64,000 bases of DNA from Eledone cirrhosa. Lineage: Eukaryota. The position numbers were made by a program, and so were the translations under genes. Every line of letters starts with the position of its first letter. Within the stretch, counting starts at the first letter, position 1. Below, one piece after another: positions 29,007-42,256 of the stretch. The notes beneath the pieces were generated by a model. The model was not told the DNA's origin. It was given only the letters and a program-made list of their open reading frames with translations, and did not search any database. The stretch is taken from assembly GCA_964016885.1 (NCBI GenBank), contig OZ024744.1:126232001-126296000 (forward strand). The letters run 5' to 3'.

Positions 29007-29660
29007 GAGTGACCTGGTGGTGGGACAACACGGTAGATAAGGCCATTAGAGACAAAAGACTAGCATGGAACACTTGAAAAAATGGTGGGAGTAGAGACCG
29101 ATACACAGCTGCTAAGAGAGAAGCTAGACGTCAGATGTACTTAGCACGCACGGAGGCTGAGAGTAGGAGGTTTGCCAATGTTCTGTGATGGGAAGATCAG
29201 AGGCGTGCGGTGTTCCACATTGCAAGGCATGGTGTCAGTGTAAATCAGGATGTTGTTGGAGATAAGTGTATCCGGAATGATGCCAGTGTACTTGGTGTCA
29301 CGAATGATCAAAAAAAGGAGGCCTGGAAATATCATTATGAGAGGCTGATGAATTGTGGAGAATGAATGGGAGAGAGGGAAACTATCCCCAGTAGACCCAA
29401 CAGAGGGACCAGCTATTGAGATTGGGGAATATAGGGTACAAGAGGCAATTAAGGAAATGAAGAATGGCAAGGCTACTGGACTCTAGGGGATAGTTGCTCA
29501 GATGCTGAAGGCATCAGAAGTAGGCACTAAACTGGTTACACACATCATCAATCAAGCTATATATGGTAGTGTCATACCCAAAGAATGGTGCAGCAGTATT
29601 CTCATAAATTGGTACAAAGGTAAAGGGGATGCTCTGGAGAGGAGCAATTATATGGGCACT
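28875..29660 (+). mobile_element. Decayed RTE LINE ORF2 fragment
   Basis: NWKFLRDNLLQATEETCGW...VTWWWDNTV, then AIKEMKNGKATG and IPKEWCSSILINWYKGKGDALERSNY; several stops. Confidence 0.85.
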
Positions 29661-29860
29661 TCAATATTTAATGATACAGGTGATAAAACAACAACTATAA
29701 GGTAAATAAGTCACCTTATGTTATTTACAAACATTAACGTCCACCTTAATATGAAATAATCACCATAAAAGAGGAAGCGAGGGCATCGGCTACCGGCACC
29801 CGGGCTGCTCTCTCATCCTGAGTGGGATCTTCCAGCGTTGATGCATCACCACGTTGATGC

Positions 29861-30529
29861 ATCACCACGTTGATGTAAAACTTGGTTTTTCACTTTGGGA
29901 TAATACACGTATTTGCAACTTATTTATGTTTATTTACGTTGAGCGTAATCGATTTGTTTCCATATCTCCACGCGTTTTATTTCATAGTCATAGTTATAAA
30001 ATTAGAAAACTTTCTTTAAAAAAAACAAATTAACGCGGGTAACTACAAGATAACCTTGTTTTGTAATACTGGCAGACATTGAAGATTCTTTATGGATGGT
30101 TGATACTCAGCTGCCAGGAACACAGGATGTGGCAGAGGGTATAAGATTTGCCTGCTATTTCTAGCAACTTCAATGACCACATAATTGGTTTGTAATTTTG
30201 TTTTAAAGTGTAAGGGTTTACACAGCCATTTATGAATTTCTAAGAGATACGTTTACGATGAGATACACTTATTAAAAATACTTTCATTGCATAGTTCCGT
30301 TTGTAAAGGCTTTAATTTACTGTACTACTCGGGAACCTTTTAATAACACACAGGATTAAGTCCATGTTTGTTCAACCAATTAATGGTATCTGCTGTAGTA
30401 GGGGTAACGATGGAAATATGGCGATGATTAACTCCACCCTGGGGTATAATGTAGAATTCATATTTTTCAACTTGCCCATACGTGTATTATCCCAAAGTGA
30501 AAAACCAAGTTTTACATCAACGTGGTGAT
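29861..30529. mobile_element. MITE-like element with perfect 52-bp terminal inverted repeats
   Basis: atcaccacgttgatgtaaaacttggtttttcactttgggataatacacgtat (29861-29912) is the exact reverse complement of 30478-30529. AT-rich non-coding interior. Confidence 0.8.
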
Positions 30530-31169
30530 TTCAAAGTTTATTTATTTACACATGGTGGTGGGGGGGGATACGGAAATAAACGAAGGCTGACGAATGACGT
30601 CACATTCTTCTACTTTCACTTCTGACAGCCAATTCCGTTGTAGTGCCATATATAAACATGATGGTCACGGCTGGAACAACTTTAATTATAGGTCTGCTCA
30701 ATCATACTAACATGGGATTTAAATTGAGCAAAGTTGGAGTTGTCTCCCCTGGTACTTTACTACGCTACGTTTGTTTATATATATCATCATCATCATCTTC
30801 AACATTATCATTTAACGTTCATTGTTATCACACCTGCATGGGTTATACAGGTTGTCACGTTATGAGACATGTCAGGTGTGGAGACCAGGTCTCATATGGA
30901 TGTGTATTTTGGTTTGGTTTCTAAGGCTGGATGCCCTTCTTAACACGAAACACGTTACAATGTGGACTGCACACTTTTGTATGACCACCTTACAGGATGA
31001 ACTGGGTGTTTTTATTGTTGTAGCATCAACGAGGTGTGTGGGATATTTAGCAGGTGAGGGCAGGGCCTTATGAATAGGAAGGGGTGATGAGAAGATTGGT
31101 GAAGACTAGTGTGTTCTCTACATGTTTGTTTTATTTCATTTTCAGCACATGGGAGGGGGGGGGGGTCTT

Positions 31170-33870
31170 CTACATTACAGCATGACGCCAGAGATCTCGA
31201 GCCTGTGACATTTCCATTGAGAGGTTTAATTGGGCAAGGCGAGCTTTTATTATTTCATCCCAAGCTTTCCTAGGTCTTCCCCTTTCATAGTTAACATCGA
31301 CTTTGACAACCCTGTACCTTTTTATACAGCTGTCACCTTCCATATACATCACATGTCCAAACCACCACCATCTCCTCTCCTCTACACTGCATCTGACCTC
31401 TCTTATACCTAGTTTCTCTCTCAGTTTATTAATGCTTGTTGTTCATGCACACTATTACACATCTATCAGATCCTGTAAACTTCATTTCTTTCCAGTCTTT
31501 ATAGGTCCTCTGAATATATTGCCCTGGTCTCACTTCAATGTAACATTGCTGTTTGTACACAGACTTCATACAATCTGCCTTTCACTTTCAGGGGAAATCA
31601 TTTTGTAGGCATCAGTAGTAGTAGCTCCCTAAACTGTTTCCATCCCATTCTCACTCAGGCTACTGTACCTTCAGAACACCCACCTCCACTGTTAATTTGG
31701 TTAATTAAGTTAACAGAAATTATGAACCGGTTTCTACAGAGCCTTCTGGACATTTAACCCTTTAGCATTTAAACCAGCCATACCTAGCCAGAATACTCTC
31801 ACATCTTTCTGTTCAAACCAGCCATAACTGGCCACTCATACTGACGTTAAGGTATTGTTCTCAATATAAATAATATCAAAATCTCATAGATTCGATATTA
31901 TATGAGATAATTATGTAAGATAAAGCCTTTACCACAAAAATACAATAGTATATATAGAGTAATAAAAATGCTAAAGGGTAAAAGTAGCTTATTATTTTGT
32001 GAGCTCTTGCTACTTATTGCTCTTGTGCATCAAGAACATACACAGCTTACATTTTGTTGCTAATCTCACTGAGATCCAACTACATCTCTTGTTTATCCAT
32101 AGTTTGGAATTTCTACCTACTCCTTTCCTTTAGAATGATCAAGGCCATTTTCTTGTGGGGATCTAGGCCCTGTTTTCCTTTCTATTTTGCCAAGTTATCT
32201 TACATCACTTTCATTCTAGACCATGCTTCCAGGTTTGGAATTTCTCCTCTAATTTTACCACAGATTAAGTGACAAGGGTTCAATCATGTGCATACAGGAG
32301 TTCCCATGGACAGCCAGTAATATGTAATAGCCTGCAGGATGATAATAAACAGAAGAGGGTTAATTACAGAGCCCTGATAGAGGGTTAATAACAGAGCCCT
32401 GATAGACTTGTTCACTCAACTCCTCACTATAGCCATCATTACTTTTAACCTTACTGACTGCTCCTCCATACATGGCTTTTACTGCTCTCACAAGCCACTC
32501 ATATACCCCTAGTTTTCTAAGTTATACACCAGATTAGGGAAGGGGGAAGTCTCACAGAAGCTCTCTCTGGGTCAACAAATGCCAAGTAGAGGGGCTTATT
32601 TTAGCTAGGTACTACTCTTGCAGTTGCCACACAAGGAAGAGGACATCAGTGGTACTTTTACCTGGCACAAATCCAAACTTCATCTCATCTAGGTTAACTT
32701 GGTCCCTAATCAGCTGTGTTATAAATCTAACACCTTCATGAAGTGGTCCATCTAATATCTCTATAGTTTTCTAGCTCTAGTACATCTCCTTTGCCCTTGT
32801 AGCAGTTGATGATGATGATACTACACCATTTATTTGGTATGACACCATTTTGTATTACATGCTGTACGATACCAGTGGTTAAGATGTGACCCACCACCCC
32901 AGATACTTTCAGTATCTCAGCAACTATCACCAATGGACAAGATACTTTCTCTGTCTTCATATCCTTAATTACCTTACTTCATATCCTTAATTACCTTACT
33001 GCTTACTTGTATGGCTGGACCCTCTGTTGGGCCCACTTTCCGTAGACTATCTTCCTCCCATGCATTCTCCTCATTCAGTAATCTTTCATAAAGGCATTTC
33101 CATGTTACAAAGGTTGGCTGAAAAGTTCATAGACTATCAATGATAGCATGATGCTAGAGCTGTGAAATCTTGCCTGCATTAATTTCAACTCTTCTTATTA
33201 ATAACTGCATTGTTTCCTTCCAGGGACTATGTTGAAAAATAAACCTCATTTGGTCATTCCATGAGTGTATCTTGGTCTGCCTATGAACTTTTCAGCTGAC
33301 CCTATTCAGCATCAGTGAGCCCAAATGCCCCATTATCATCCTGGACACACTTTACCCCAACATCACAATTTGCCCTCACACACTGCCTCACAATCCTGAA
33401 CATCTCATGTATTTCATCCTCACATCATAAAACCAACTGAAATTATATATTCTCTGCTTCCCTCCTTGCAAAGAATACTTCTTGCCTAGCTTCCTGTAGT
33501 GTACCCTCCAGCTGCCTCCATTCTGCCATTATTCCATGCCTGTCTCTTGGCCTTAACTGTCTCATCTACCCTAGTGTTTCACCACCAAGATACTCTCCTC
33601 TCTGAAGCCCTGCTCCAGCCACAGATCTAGTTTGACACCTTCAGCAAAGGTTCTTTAAGGAACTCCCACTGTTCCCCTATATTGTATGTTTCTATTTGTT
33701 CTTCCTTACTGTTGTAAAGATCAAACAAAATATCTCTAAATTTGGAACTGGCTGAGGGGTCCTTTAACTTCCATATCCTTCTCCTCCAAGTTGCCCTCAG
33801 TCTTCAAGTTCATCTAAGTCTATGAAATCACTAACTACTGGGTTATGTTGGGAGGTGCATTCTTCCCCAG
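31170..33870 (-). mobile_element. Decayed RTE LINE (ORF2, interrupted)
   Basis: C-terminal RGRPRKAWDE...WRHAV (31170-31352) and VIPNKWCSIIIINCYKGKGDVLELENYR (32736-32960); many stops and nested insertions. Confidence 0.8.
33108..33304. mobile_element. Small mariner-like MITE nested in the RTE
   Basis: Imperfect ~22-bp TIRs ggttggctgaaaagttcatag / ctatgaacttttcagctgacc with TA dinucleotides close to both ends. Confidence 0.5.
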
Positions 33871-34214
33871 GGGGTGGGGATTGTGTGTTTACAAATGTCA
33901 ATATCTCATCTTCTGGTGAGGATAAAAATCTGACTGGCATGCTCCTCTGACCAATAGGTGTTGAAGTGGTTGTCGGGTAAACGTTAAGACCCTCTGATAT
34001 ACATATATATATATATACTAGCATGGTACCCATGCTTTCCAGCATAGAGTTACGTCTCTTTATGGTCTGAGTTCAAATCACGCCGAGGTTAACTTTGCCT
34101 TTCATCCTTACGGGGTCGATAAAATAAAGCACCAGTAATGTACTGGGGTCGATTTAATCGACTTTCCCCTCCTCTGCCAAATGACACACACATGCATGGT
34201 TCGGGGGAACCTAC

Positions 34215-34270
<56 letters not shown>

Positions 34271-35145
34271 GTAGGTCACTGGTTGAGTCGGTATTAACCA
34301 CAGTAACTAAGGTACTCAATACATATTAGATATAGGTGTCTTTCTAATTGCTGGCCTTGTTCATAAGGTATACACAAGTATGATGTGTGTCTGTTTAACT
34401 GTACGTGTGAAAACATCGCGAAATTGCGCCTTTTAATATTTGAATATAAACAGTTAAAAAATAATTATTTTAGTAATTTTTAAATATCGATAATGTGTAT
34501 ATAAATATTAGAAATCAATTTAATTAGTTCAGTAACATTACTCGGAGTTAAGATAAACCTTCATTTGAAGAAATTCGAGATTTGACCAAATAAATAGATT
34601 ATGTGATCAATAAAAAAAATATGTATACGCGCTTGAACGACGGGTTGCAGACAGTCAGGCATACAGACACATATTTTAAAGCGTGCGACGTTAAAAGTCT
34701 TACTCTCTCTCTTTTTAGATAGATAGACTTAATTAAAGCAGTTTCACTCTCTCTATATTTCATCAGCTCTCTCTTAAATTGAAAGATTCATTAAGGCTGA
34801 AATAATCTAAACAGTAACATCATTTTTCGCCAGCTCTAGCTTGCGTCCAGAGATATACACACACATATATATATATTTTTTTTGTTATCGAGTTGAGCTT
34901 TGCCAAGCATAGAATTCCAAATTTGACCATCTCCACTGAAAATGTTCGTGAAATAGTCTTTAAGAAGCAATTTAATTTTTTCCAACTGAAACTGTAAGTA
35001 TTTTAAAATTTATTTCAACATGGTCTTAAAAGATTGTTGGCTTTTTTTAAATTCATAACTATTTACTATGAAATATAAATTATTAAATCCAATTTATTTG
35101 ATAACCATGATTTGATTTTATAATTACCTGAATCACGTTAACATG

Positions 35146-35192
<47 letters not shown>

Positions 35193-35452
35193 GTGTGTGT
35201 ATATATATATATATATAATAATTGTTTCTACGTTACGCAGTGTATTACTGGTACTGTATTTTACGATATTAAATATTAAATATTAACTATTAGATATTAA
35301 ATATTAAATATTAGATATTAGATATTAAATATTAAATATTAAATATGATATCCCTGAAATATATATAATGAAATAAATATGGTTTTATAAATGTAATTTC
35401 CATTTGTTTAATATCAAATATATATATATATATATATATGTATTTATGTATA

Positions 35453-35514
<62 letters not shown>

Positions 35515-35741
35515 GCAGACACAGACACAGAATATCGTATATATCACACACACACAATTAAGACTTGACGTGTTGCAGACAGCCAGACATACAGAGAGAT
35601 ATTTTAAAGCGTGCGACCTTAAATGCCTTACTCTTTCTCTTATCAAAAGAGAAAGAGTAATGCTAACACTTACGTCTACTTCACGCTCTCTTGAACCGTT
35701 ACAGAAATTGCATCACATCTAATTATAACTTTGTACGTTTG

Positions 35742-35775
<34 letters not shown>

Positions 35776-35778
35776 TAC

Positions 35779-35867
<89 letters not shown>

Positions 35868-35901
35868 CGTGTGTGTGTGTATATATATACACACACACGT
35901 G

Positions 35902-35963
<62 letters not shown>

Positions 35964-36014
35964 AATACACACACACGTGTGTGTGTATATATATATATAT
36001 ATACACACACACAC

Positions 36015-36097
<83 letters not shown>

Positions 36098-36187
36098 CAC
36101 ACACACGTGTGTGTGTATATATATATATACACACACACACGTGTGTGTGTATATATTTATATATATATATATACACACGTGTGTGTG

Positions 36188-36232
<45 letters not shown>

Positions 36233-36236
36233 GTGA

Positions 36237-36267
<31 letters not shown>

Positions 36268-36512
36268 CACGTGTGTGTGTGTATATATATATATATACAC
36301 ACACACGTGTGTATATATATATATATACATATATATATATACACACACACGTGTGTGTGTATATAATAATAATAATAATAATGAAATGATTGTGTACAGT
36401 GCTCAGGTGCACTACAACTCATCAAAGGTGCATGTATAGTACATAGAATAATGTACAAACATCAGTAAAATGAACAGTGCACACATGTGTGCATGTGTAT
36501 GGAAGGGGCACA

Positions 36513-39278
36513 TCAGGTGTAGTTTTGGCGTATTTCGGGAAGCATGAGTGTCTTAAAGGATGCAGTGTCTCGGCAGCTAACAATTGACGCAGGCAGTTTG
36601 TTCCATGTTTCAGCAACTCTGAGCGTGAAAAAATGTCTGCGAAAGTCATGGGAGCTGTGCTGTTTTCTTATCTTGTAGGCATGTCCACGTGTGTTAGACA
36701 CATGGAGATCAAAGAGGCGCTCAGGGTTGCAGTTGGCGAGATGGTTAAAAACTTTGTGGGTATTCACCAAGTCCACTGCCAGATGTCGGAGCTTCAATGA
36801 ATCCATGCCCAGGGAAGCAAGGCGTTCAGAGTATGGTAGGTGTCTGATGGAGGGTATGCGCTTGGTTGCACGTCTCTGAACAGCTTCCAGGAGGTCAATG
36901 TTCCGAGCAAGATAGGGGTTCCAGACTGATGATGCGAATTCCAAGTGTGGTCGCACCATAGCTGTATACAGTTTTAAATAGATGGCTGGAGAGCGGCTAA
37001 CAAAGGTCTTGCTGAGTGATGCCAAGACACCCTCGGCCTTCTTGACAATCTTAGAGACATGCTTTGTCCAACGCAAATCGTTGCCGACAGTAATGCCCAG
37101 GTCACGTTCACAAGAGGACTTTTTGATGTCAGTGTTGTGGAGGGAGTATGTGGACGCTGGATTTTTCCTTCCAAAATGCATGGTGGTACACTTGTCCACA
37201 GCCAGCTTCAGTTGCCAGTCTGTGATCCATTGCTGCATTGTGTCCAGGTCTGATTTTAGGAAAGAGTTGTAAATTTCAGGATCAGTCCTTTTGATTTCAA
37301 GGTACAGCTTGATGTCATCTGCATATTTTAGTACCGTGGCATTCTGTAAGTTGGCATCTATGTCATTAATATATGCCACAAACAAAAGAGGACCAAGAAC
37401 AGATCCCTGTGGTACACCAGATGACATCTCATATGGTGAAGAATGCTGTCCTAGAACCGTGACTACTTTCCTTCGGCTGAGAATGAAGGATTTCAGCCAG
37501 TCGAAAAGATCATCCCTCACACCCATTGCAGAGAGTTTTGCCATAAGTCTTTTGTGTGGCACAGAATTAAAAGCCTTAGCAAAGTCAAGGTAAACAACAT
37601 CCACCCATGAGCCGCTGTCAGTGATCCGGGTGATGTCCTCAAGGAACTCGATAAGCTGATCACAGCAGCTGGAGTTAGGGATAAATCCAAACTGTGAGGG
37701 CCGGATGAGGCTGTGAGAGCTCCAGAAGTTCCAAAGTGTTTCTCTGACACAGGATTCCATCAGTTTGGCCATACAGCTAGTAAGACTGACTGGACGATAG
37801 TTGACAGGTGACATGCGGTTGCCCTTTTTGAACAGGGGAATGACACTGGCAGTTTTCCACTGCTCCGGAGTAGCACCATTGCTGAGACAGTATTGAAAGA
37901 AAAAAGAAAGCTGGCGCAAAAGGAAATCCCCGCCACGTTTGAGAAGCAGGTATGTCACACCATCAAGACCAGGGGAGGCATAGTTGCGCTTATTCTTAAG
38001 GTGACGTCGCAACATTGCAGGTGTAAATTCCATAGTTGTTATGGAATTTGATGTTAGAGATGGTGGAGATGGTACATTCTGGTTTTCAACAGTAAAAATA
38101 CTTGCATAGCACTCAGCAATGAGTTCTGCGCATTCCTTGGGATCGTCAGTGATCTGGCTTGTGTGGGGATTGCGAAGAGGACCAACTGGAGAGTGAGGTC
38201 TCTGCTTTGAATGAACATATTTCCAGAACACCTTACTGTCAGGATTGGTTGCGATGCACTGTTCAAATTCAAGCACTGCCTTCTTTGTCACTTGCTTGAG
38301 ATGGTTAGAAGATTTATTCCGCTTTTTTCTGTTGGCATCTGATCTATGCAGTTTATATTCCCGTTCAGCGTTCCGACGTTCTTTCCTGGCAAGTCGGACT
38401 GCTGAAGTTTCCCAGATTGCACTTTTGGGGTGGTTATTTTTCCGCTTCCGTGGCACTGATGCTGCACACGCTATCCATATTGAGTCCAGGATGCTCTGGA
38501 GTATAGAGTTCACATCTCCAGAGTTATACATCTCATGCCAGTTTGGGCGCTGTAGCTCAGTGCAGTACAAGTTCCAATCCGCCCTCTTCCAATCAAAGCA
38601 AGCAGATTGGAGATGGCTCTGGTTTTTGTTGCTGCCCTCAAGTGCCAGATTGGCAATGATCATAGCATGATCAGAGTCGCCTAGAGGTTCCTCAGTAGTA
38701 CAACTGATAACCACTTCAGGAGTAGTGGTGAAGATCAGGTCCAAAGTGTTGTCACCTCTTGTTGGAGAGGTGACTACTTGTGACCAGTTTGAGTCCAGCA
38801 CTAGTTCAAGGAAATCGTTTGCACCCTGTGGCCAACGAAAGGTTTCCCAATCGATCTCAGGATGATTGAAGTCACCTGCAATAAACACATAAGTGGCTGT
38901 TTTCTTGGCAGCAACTCTGAGGATATCGCAAAGCTGTGTGTCCTGATGGTAGTTTGGGGGGCGATAAACAACACCAAGCAGAAGTGTTGACATGGTCATA
39001 CGTATGTCACAGAAAAAAACTTCTTCCTGTGATTCGTTCAAATCAACGCAAGGAATTACCGAAAAGTTTGAACGAACGTAGACCATCACACCACCACCAC
39101 GGCGGTTAATGCGGTCCTTGCGGAAAAGGTTGTACCCAGTAATGGTGAAAACCCCATCACAGAGTAAGGAATGTGCCCATGTTTCCGTGACTGTGATGAA
39201 GTCAGGGTCGATGCTTCTGACGTAGGATTCGAACAGATGTATCTTGTTGCATAAACTGCGAGCATTTAAGGACAACAA
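36513..39278 (-). CDS. LINE ORF2: APE endonuclease plus reverse transcriptase (921 aa from a TTG; frame open to at least 39344)
   Basis: APE motifs LNARSL, VTETW, GDFN, LDLIF and SDH. RT motifs YRPVSLTS, QFGF, YLDFAKAF, GVPQGSVLGPLLF and YADD. CR1-type C-terminus NTRGH...RHFFTLRV..WNKLP. Confidence 0.95.
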   Translation of the reverse strand: MLSLNARSLCNKIHLFESYVRSIDPDFITVTETWAHSLLCDGVFTITGYNLFRKDRINRRGGGVMVYVRSNFSVIPCVDLNESQEEVFFCDIRMTMSTLLLGVVYRPPNYHQDTQLCDILRVAAKKTATYVFIAGDFNHPEIDWETFRWPQGANDFLELVLDSNWSQVVTSPTRGDNTLDLIFTTTPEVVISCTTEEPLGDSDHAMIIANLALEGSNKNQSHLQSACFDWKRADWNLYCTELQRPNWHEMYNSGDVNSILQSILDSIWIACAASVPRKRKNNHPKSAIWETSAVRLARKERRNAEREYKLHRSDANRKKRNKSSNHLKQVTKKAVLEFEQCIATNPDSKVFWKYVHSKQRPHSPVGPLRNPHTSQITDDPKECAELIAECYASIFTVENQNVPSPPSLTSNSITTMEFTPAMLRRHLKNKRNYASPGLDGVTYLLLKRGGDFLLRQLSFFFQYCLSNGATPEQWKTASVIPLFKKGNRMSPVNYRPVSLTSCMAKLMESCVRETLWNFWSSHSLIRPSQFGFIPNSSCCDQLIEFLEDITRITDSGSWVDVVYLDFAKAFNSVPHKRLMAKLSAMGVRDDLFDWLKSFILSRRKVVTVLGQHSSPYEMSSGVPQGSVLGPLLFVAYINDIDANLQNATVLKYADDIKLYLEIKRTDPEIYNSFLKSDLDTMQQWITDWQLKLAVDKCTTMHFGRKNPASTYSLHNTDIKKSSCERDLGITVGNDLRWTKHVSKIVKKAEGVLASLSKTFVSRSPAIYLKLYTAMVRPHLEFASSVWNPYLARNIDLLEAVQRRATKRIPSIRHLPYSERLASLGMDSLKLRHLAVDLVNTHKVFNHLANCNPERLFDLHVSNTRGHAYKIRKQHSSHDFRRHFFTLRVAETWNKLPASIVSCRDTASFKTLMLPEIRQNYT

Positions 39279-39334
39279 TTTGTACCCTGCTCGCAGTCTA
39301 TGATGGTGTGTAGAGGGTGGCAGGTTGTTCTGGT

Positions 39335-39489
39335 TTAGTTTCCCAGAGTTGTAGCAGTTTTTACATTGCCAGTTATTGTGGGTAGATCACACTCAGACCA
39401 GCTGGTATCTCTCTTCCACGTTTCACCCGCCTTGACAAACCTCCAGATCTGCCCATCATCACGCAGACTGAAACTTTCATCTTGTGCTG
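39335..39489 (-). CDS. C-terminal remnant of putative LINE ORF1
   Basis: Open frame AQDESFSLRDDGQIWRFVKAGETWKRDTSWSECDLPTITGNVKTATTLGN* from the element's truncated 5' end to TAA at 39337-39335, overlapping the ORF2 frame. Confidence 0.55.
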
Positions 39490-39552
39490 TATATATATAT
39501 ATATACACACGTGTGTGTGTATTTATGTATATATATATATATACACACACAC

Positions 39553-39594
<42 letters not shown>

Positions 39595-39709
39595 GTGTGT
39601 GTGTGTATATATATTTATATATATATACACACACGTGTGTGTGTATATATATATATATATATACACGTGTGTGTGTATTTATATATATATATATACACAC
39701 ACACGTGTG

Positions 39710-39740
<31 letters not shown>

Positions 39741-40126
39741 GTGTGTGTATATATATATATCTGTCTCTCTCCCTGTCTCTCACTCTCCCTCTATCCCCCC
39801 TCTCTCTCTCTGTCTCTCTCTCCCCCCCCTCTCTCTCTCTAGTAGTAGAGAGAGACAAAGAGAGAGAGATATAAACGTATAACTCTAACCAAACCCTAAC
39901 CCAACCCTAACCCCAACCCTAACCCTAACCTAACCCTAACCCATCTCTCTCTCTCTCTCACCCCCTCTCTCTCTCTCTAGTAGTAGAGAGAGAGACAAAG
40001 AGAGAGAGAGATATAAACGTATAACCCTAACCCAACCCTAACCTCTCTCTCTCTTCTCTCTCTCTCTCTCCCCTCTCTCTCTCTATTCCCCCCTCTCTAT
40101 TTCCCCCCCCCTCTCTCTCTAGTAGT

Positions 40127-40157
<31 letters not shown>

Positions 40158-42215
40158 TATAAACGTATAACCCTAACCCAACCCTAACCCTAACCCAACC
40201 CCAACCCTAACCCATCTCTCTCTCTCTCTCTCTCTCTCTCTTTGTTTTTAACATTGTTTTGTTTTTCTTTTCTTTTCTTATTCAGATGACAAACGGCAGA
40301 GGATACAACAGAAGAAAAGAACAAAGATAATTATTATTATTATTACTATTATTATTTGTTTTATTATAATCAAAATATGCTGTTAGTTAGATCTGCATTG
40401 CGTACATTTTATATAATTTATGCCAGTTCCTTTTCTGCATATCGAACATGGCCATTTCCCTGACGGAATAGAGTTTTGTCCTCTTTCGTGACACAAAGTA
40501 CAGCCAGCGGCATCATTGCGGACAGACTTAATCCCGAATTGCACTGACACACTGCCTCGCAATACGGAACACCGCACGTCTTTGATCTTCTTCCCGTCGA
40601 TCAGCCTCCTTGCCATGCTAAGTACACCTGACGTCTAGCTTCTCTCTTAGCGGCGGCTTTATATTCTTCTCTACTCCCACTAATTTTCCAAGCATTCCAT
40701 GCTAGCCTTTAGTCTCCAATGGCCCGATCTACCGTGCTGTCCCACCACCATGTCACTCTCTGTCTGGTTGGAACTCTGATCCAGCCACAAGTTTAATCAG
40801 TAGCCTGCAATAAGTTGTCACATAAGAAAATCGAGTTCTCATGTATGTCATACGACTGTGAATCGTCTTCTTTTTCGTCATACACATATTGAAGGGCTTT
40901 CCTAAATTTCTATTTTAGTGAAATCTCTTTTAGCTTCCAGACCTTTCTTTTTTCCACATCTTCCTGTATGTCTCAATCATACCTGGAGCTGTCCAACATG
41001 ACCATTGAAATCCCCTGCTAGCATAACGATGTCTCCGTCCTGTCATTGTGGCTGTTTGTAAAAATTGCTTGTAAATGAAGTCTTTCTTTTCTTTACCTAG
41101 CAGAAGCAATTAACACTAACCCAACTGTAACACTAACCCTAACACTAACTTATGCAGGCCTAGGTAAAGACAAGAAAGATAAAACAAGGAGTGATGCTTC
41201 TTGAATTTTGTGATGCAAGTGTTTTAACCATTTGCAAAACCAACTTCCACAAACCTGCCTCACTGCCGCCTAATAACCTACAAATCAGGCAAGCACAGAA
41301 GCCGGATTTCTCGGTAGTTAGGCAGCGAGACAGACAGATGGGGTGTGAAGTACCAGGGTGTGCCCCGGGGAGGAATGTTTCCCACAGCGTGGGTTGGTTG
41401 TTGGTGATGTCTCGGTTATCTTGAGACGGAGTGAGACGTGCAGGAATACTCTCACGGAATCGCCAAATGAGGTTTATTTTTCAACATAGTCCCTGGAATG
41501 AAACAATGTGGTTATTAAGAAGAATTGAAATTAATGTAAGATTTCACAGATCTATGATCAATCCTTCACAGTCAGCTTACAAAGTTTTCAGCCAAACCTT
41601 GTGTATTTCCAACATTTCAAACCCTATCTAGGACTACATTATCTAATGTACAGTACAGTAGTTAGTATTAGTGGCTATCAGACATAGTGTATCTAAATGC
41701 AACATTTTTAACATTGTTTTTTTTTTCTTTTCTTTTCTTTTCTTATTCAGATGACAGACGGCAGAGGATACAATAGAAGAAAAGAACAATGATAATTATT
41801 ATTATTATTATTGTTGTTATTCCTTGAATCTCAGTCATTGATGTTGGTTAACTGGAAAGTCCGTTGGAATGAATATCAAGCCACTACCTGCAGCCTCAGA
41901 TATTCAGGACGTATCGGAGGGTTCTTGCTGTTCCAAGCAAGCATGCCTTTTGAAGCGTTCCAAAAAGCGTGAAGGGGCCGATTTTCTTTAACCATCCCTG
42001 GAAACTTTTGGAGATGGACAAAAAACTGGAACACAATAGACCTGACCTGGTGGTTGTGGACAAAGAAAAAAGATCGTGTCTGATTGTGGATGTGGCCTGC
42101 CCGTTCAACACGAGAGTGCAAGAGAAGGAGAGGGAGAAAATTAACCGATACCAGGACCTAAAGTGGGAGGTGAAAAGGATTTGGAACTTCCATGAAGTCA
42201 AAGTGATCCCGATTG

Positions 42216-42256
<41 letters not shown>

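Larger units (their letters stand above)
36363..39489 (-). mobile_element. CR1-clade LINE, 5'-truncated within ORF1, intact ORF2, (ATT)n tail
   Basis: Unique ~3.1 kb sequence inside the TA/CA microsatellite, absent from copy 1. Tail (aat)n at 36363-36382 on the + strand. Confidence 0.92.
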
